Shown: positions 58,947 through 64,000 of the stretch, piece after piece
Numbering within the stretch: the first letter of the stretch is position 1
Layout: each line of letters starts with the position of its first letter
NCBI RefSeq assembly: GCF_009914755.1
Contig: NC_060930.1
From: the human T2T-CHM13v2.0 reference genome, Homo sapiens
DNA length: 64,000 nucleotides
Reading direction: 5' to 3' (one strand)
The notes under the pieces: model-generated
What the model was told of the DNA's origin: nothing
Database searches by the model: none
The model's input: the letters and a program-made list of their open reading frames with translations, nothing else
Made by a program: the position numbers and the translations under genes

Positions 58947-60542
58947 TCAGTCCAGTAGCCCTTCAGCCAGATTGAACAAAGCTCCCTCATCTTTATCTGA
59001 GGTCTTTTGTTCTGAATCACCTTGCTTTTCCTTCAGCTGGGGACACTTATCTTTCCAATGTCTTATTTCCTTATAGTAGGTGCATTGGTTATGTTGCAAG
59101 CGTGGGGGATTAGACTGGGTATTCTTCCCGGAACCCCCCCTTTCCCTCTCCTTTCAGAGGAATTCCCCTAATGGCCGTGGCCAGTAAGTTGGCGTTTCGC
59201 CTAGCCTGGCGTTCACCTTCCTTACGGCTTTCTCTGCGGCTTGTTGCATCTCTATTCACAAACACTTGATTGGCTGTTTCCAGTAACTGTGAGGTATTCA
59301 CACCTGCAAACTCAGCCTTGTTTCTGCAATTTTCTCCTGATATCTTTCACGCTTTGACTAACTAAGGCCATGTTAATCATGCGCTGATCTTCAGGGCTAT
59401 CTGGATCAAAAGGAGTGTACATACGGTAAGCCTCACACAGTCTTTCATAGAATTGTGCCGGACTCTCCTCTTTTCCTTGGATGACCTCAGAGACCTTATT
59501 TACATTTGTAGCCTTTTGAGACCCTTTCTTTAGACCTTCTATTAATGTCTCACGGTACCATCTTAGCCTCTTCACGTCTGGTCCCTCATTCGGGTCCCGT
59601 TGGGGGTCTGTTCCTGGCAGCTGAATTCTTATATATTCTTGGGGGTTTTGGTAATCGGCCGGGACGTGCTCTTCTAGCCACTTAGTTGCTGCCTGGAGCA
59701 CCCTTCGCCTTTCATCTGTATTAAAGAGGTACATGAGCAGCTGAGGCTATCAGCCCAAGTAGGATTATGAGTCTGTATAATAGTTTGGAGCAAGTCAATT
59801 AAAGCTTGAGGCTTTTCAGTGTAAGATGGAGTATTATTTTTCCAATTGAGGAGGTCAGCAGAGGTGAAAGGTTGATACACAAAGGCACACCTTTCCACCA
59901 TGTGTCCGTCCTCATCTACCCCAGTATATCGCTGCTGTCTCAGGGGCATTTGGATTCCAGTCTTGGGCAGTAAGCGAGCTGCCAAGGGAGGAGTTTCTCC
60001 TGCGGCTTCACTTCCTCTTTTGTCTACTCTGGGCGGTCTAGGGGTGTGGTTATCTGGTGGAGGTGGAGGTGCTGTGGGCTCAGGGCTTGGGGAGCCCTTC
60101 CTCTCCATAAGGAGGGGGTACTGCTGGTACCAATTCCTGCCATGATTCTTCTGGTGTTGGGTCGGACAGACTTTTGGTGCCGACTTCCCTCTGCGGGTGG
60201 AGCGAGAACCTTCCTTAACGAACTGTTCCTTTGCTGCTAGTACTGCTGCTGCCTGTCCTCTTAACCACTGTGGGGGGTCCAAAACTAGCTGTAACCAAGA
60301 ATCTATATATGGGAAGTGATCTGGGTGTCCTGGCTTACAGGTTACCCTGTGCCGTACTTTCGAGACAAGGGACCTGTCCAGGCTTTCTTCTGATGGCCAA
60401 CCCACCTCTATGGCCAGTCTATCTCACACAAAGTTCTAAGTTTTCCTGGTATCATGATGCCTCTATAGTCTCCCTTAAATCCCTTTTTGAAATTTTTCAA
60501 TATAGTTCCTAGTGGGGTGGGCTTACTTTGTGCCTGACCCAT
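58947..60542 (-). pseudogene. gag: HERV-E gag, frameshifted
   Basis: MGQAQSKPTPLG (Gly2 myristoylation type); PTAPPP; YQPFTSADLLNWK; MHR VIQGKEESPAQFYERL; broken zinc knuckle CTYYKEIRHWKDKC; TGA stop at 58949-58947. Confidence 0.92.
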
Positions 60543-60647
60543 ATTTCCTCGAGACAAAACACCACACTCACACCACATGCACACCACAAAATGAAGAACG
60601 GGTAAAAAGGGCACACACACACTTTTACAGTTTACACCAAACCAGAA

Positions 60648-60747
60648 TCAAAACCAAAATCAGAGTATCAAGAAATCCAAGCCAGGTCAAAACCAAAACC
60701 AAAGTATCAAGCAATTCAAGTCAAGTCAAAAACAAAAACCAAAGTGC
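60648..60747. repeat. About 2.5 copies of a 39-bp tandem repeat in the HERV-E leader
   Basis: tcaaaaccaaaa(t/c)ca(g/a)agtatcaag... units start at 60648, 60687 and 60726. Confidence 0.8.
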
Positions 60748-61067
60748 CAGTACAGGCATGCTGTGGGTGATCAGGCCATGCTTCCACTCAAATGGAGTGG
60801 GCAAGTTCCAAAGACTAGTCTTACCAAGTTTCAGATGTCCGGACTCCAAGTGCCAGTTCCTTCCCGGTGTTCAGCCACTGTGTTGATCCTCCACGGGAGC
60901 CTGCCATGTGCTGCTCTGGCGAGGCATTCCACTGGGGCAATTGCCTACCCGGGAGCGCTCTCAGGATCCACGTCGCTCAAGCTGGCCAGAGTCCCCTGCG
61001 GGGATGCTCCACAGGGCAGGCCTAAGCCGCCTAAGGGGCTGCCTCCACTGTCCGTTAATCACCACGT

Positions 61068-61085
61068 TTCCTGGTCAGGGAACCA
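61068..61085 (-). promoter_or_regulatory. Primer-binding site complementary to tRNA-Glu
   Basis: TGGTTCCCTGACCAGGAA versus TGGTTCCCTGACCGGGAA (17/18), 5 nt from the LTR end. Confidence 0.92.
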
Positions 61086-61090
61086 AGAAA

Positions 61091-61548
61091 TGTAGCAGGA
61101 CAAGCCGCAGACAAAACCCCTCAGACACTGAGTTAAAGAAGGAAGTGGTTTATTCCACCGGGAGCATCAGCAAGACTCCTGTCTCAAGAGCTGAGCTCCC
61201 TGAGTGAGCAATTCCTGTCCCTTTTAAGGGCTCACAACTCTAAGGGGGTCGCTTGAGAGGGTCGTGATTGATTGAGCAAGCAGGGGGTACATGACTGGGG
61301 GCTGCATGCACTGGTATTTAGAATGGAACAGAATAGGACAGGGATTTTCACAGTGCTTTTCTATACAATGTCTGTAATCTATAGATAACATAACCAATTA
61401 GGTCAGGGGTTGATCTTTAACTACCAGGCCCAGGGTGTGGCACTGGGTTGTCTGCTTGTGGATTTCATTTCTGCCTTTTAGTTTTTACTTCTTTCTTTGG
61501 AGGCAAAAATTGGGTATAAGACAATATGAGGGGTGGTCTCCTCCCTTA
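61091..61548 (-). repeat. HERV-E 5' LTR (458 bp)
   Basis: Adjacent to the PBS and followed by TSD AACC. Confidence 0.95.
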
Positions 61549-63399
61549 AACCTGGTGGAATGCAACTGAAGGAGAAGGATTGGAGATCTGCACTTATCAA
61601 AACAGCAAATCAACAAAAAGGTAAACAGCTTATTTTTCTGAATTTTGAAAACATTTTATGATGCTGCCTACATTTATTAAAGAACACATGACCATAATGA
61701 TAATAGTGAAAATTAAGTGATGATTAATAGTCTCTCTCTCTGTTTTTATGTGTGAATATTTCCATATTAGGAAAAAGAAGTGTCTTTGTTTCTTAAGGTC
61801 CGATGCTCCAAAATGGAATAACGTGACTTATAACCCTAAATATCTACTCTCATGACTGACACCACCCAAGATCCAGGGAATCACTTCATATATATCCTTT
61901 CCAGTATCCTATATCCTTGAAAGAGAAGGCAGCTGTATTTAAATGCCACAAATGTTTGTGGGCAGTTTCCTTGCCAGTCTGCAAAACAAATAATGCTTTG
62001 AGTGGAGGGAAGATTTGAGCAGGGGAATCATTTAGCTAAGATAAAAGACAAATTAACTTGTCAAATGATTTCTCACAGACAAGAAGAAGGCAGTAGATTC
62101 TTGTATTATAAAAGATCATTTCCCGTAATACCAAGCATACTGTTTCTTGCTTCATTTCATGTTGCAGTTTATGGTTCCAGTATTAACCACAAATCATGAT
62201 GACATTCACAACAGTTGCACCTGGTGGCTGAGGGACATTTTATAGAATTAAGGTATTTATGTTACTTCTAGACATAACATGAATTGTGATACCAGCTCAA
62301 CTAGCTGAAAATTGAACACGGGAATTATGAGTAGTTTGAATTGTATTAACATACACAATAAGATTTATGTAAATTTTTAAAAATTAAATAAAAACCTTAA
62401 ATATTCAATTTTAAATTTTTATGTTTTATAATTTTAATAACTAATGTTGAATATTTCATGAGATAATTTTTTGAAAATGTAAAAAATAATTTTAATTTTT
62501 GAATTAGTTTACATTAATTTTAATTTGCTTTTTTGATGAAATAGTATTCAAGCTTTGCATGCACTGAATATGATTACATATTGTCTTTTCATCTTTTAGA
62601 ATAATTGCTACCAGTAGATCTTAAAATAGGTGAAAATATTAATAATTATTATGAAATAATCATTTTGCTAAAATGAAAGCAAGAAAAACACATTTTATGT
62701 AATAAATAATAGATCAAAAATTAAACTTGTCTTTATTACTGATTTATACATTAATCATGCATCAACAGTACAACCAGACATGTGCAATAATAACTAAATT
62801 CATTTGTCTTTGATATCTTGCTAGTTTTCAGCCTTATGAAACCATAGTGTTTGTTACCCATGTCTTTGGATTTTTTCATTAGGAAAGTGTATTTGGCAAG
62901 GTAGGGAGATAAGACATATGTTTAATGGTATGTGAGCCTTATTTTTACCCTCCCCTGGGCCCCACTGCTGTTAAAGGAAGAACTAAACAAAGAAGACAAG
63001 AAACTTGGTCTAAACCGGAATGTTGTGTGATAATTTAAGGTGTTGATAAAAGCAGACTTTAGTCTCAGGCAAAGCCAGTGAAGAGAGAAAACTGAAGTCA
63101 GGAGTTAGCTGATGAGTGGAAGAATAAGGGAAAGTTGAGAGACTACGCTGAAAAGTTCGGATTTTGAAGCTTTGCCTGTTCTTTTGGACTGCTTGAGTTA
63201 CTCTGACTTTTTCTGTGTTTTCATGCCAATTATGCTGTTATTTTCAGTCTTTATTAGCTGGTTTATATATCACCTCATAATTCCCAATAGATATCTTTAG
63301 TGGGTTCACATGTCTGTGTGAAAATTTAGGTATGCAATAAAATCATATGTATTATGAATAAATAAATATGTGTGCTTAAATTTTTTTCTTTGAGTTCTC

Positions 63400-63630
63400 T
63401 AGTCTAGAAGGTATCATAAAATTGTTGTCAATTAGTTCCACTTACTCTAAATTAATTCAGAATTTTTATTCTTAACCTCTGCATGCCTGTTTTCTCATCC
63501 ATAAAGTGAGTACTATAGTGGTATTTACATCATAGGGTGGTTGTGAGAATTAAGTGTGTTAATATACGTAAACTACACAGAATATGTAAACTACATGCCT
63601 GGTCCCTACATAAATGTGTGCTTCTATTCT
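63400..63630 (+). mobile_element. MIR
   Basis: ttcttaacctctg...gttttctcatccataaagtgag...catcatagggtggttgtgagaattaag. Confidence 0.7.
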
Positions 63631-64000
63631 TACTGCCTCATCCTTCCTGTTGTCCCTATATTGCAGGTGATGGTGATGGGCTGTGAGGAAGCCAGGTACT
63701 GTGGGTGCATCTTGTCCTCAATTTTCACCATCTATGCATGCAGGCATCTATGCCGAGAAGTCTTCCTTTAAAGCTTCCACATAGTTACTACCACATCCTG
63801 TCTAAAAGACCCTTCTGGTTTCACTTTACACTTAGTTATTTTCACTTTTTTTGAGCACATAAGAAACATTCAGCTCGGAAATTCTGTGTCAGAGACATCT
63901 ATTTAAATAATGCAAATGGCACATTCTATTATTATGCTCTGCTATGCTGCAGAACTCAACAAAGCTTTCCACCTTCCACTCCACCTGGGAACTGAGGTAC

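Larger units (their letters stand above)
53801..61548 (-). mobile_element. HERV-E (LTR2 family) provirus, 7748 bp, both LTRs present, defective
   Basis: Paired LTRs starting TAAGG(G/A)AGGAGACCACCCCTCATATTG. 4-bp TSD AACC (53797-53800 / 61549-61552). tRNA-Glu PBS, PPT and gammaretroviral gag-pro-pol-env remnants. Confidence 0.95.

Noticed and set aside
60648-60747. CRISPR-like repeat array
   Set aside because: Contiguous 39-bp tandem units with no unique spacers, in a primate ERV leader.
60512-60886. Plus-strand ORFs across the provirus as antisense viral genes
   Set aside because: No recognisable motifs; explained by the leader tandem repeat and shadow frames of gag/pol.

Overview
Primate, very probably human, genomic DNA: AT-rich and dense in Alu, L1, MIR and L2 repeats. 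It holds the 3' part of PKIB (PKA inhibitor beta, + strand): coding exons 30090-30266 and 37409-~38650 give a 78-aa protein, and there is a candidate upstream exon at 13730-13790. The rest is intronic or intergenic repeat sequence, including an old L1 (1-5090), a decayed ERV-L provirus (9198-14246) and a two-LTR HERV-E provirus on the minus strand (53801-61548, AACC target-site duplication, tRNA-Glu primer site). The most striking observation is inside the HERV-E pol gene. About 1.1-1.2 kb (RT thumb/connection and most of RNase H) is missing. In its place is a 169-bp ungapped copy of the 7SL (SRP) RNA S domain, antisense to the virus, with no poly(A) tail and no target-site duplication. This looks like capture of a virion-packaged host RNA, or RNA-templated repair. 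Repeat subfamily calls and reference comparisons were made by eye from recalled consensus sequences, not from database searches.
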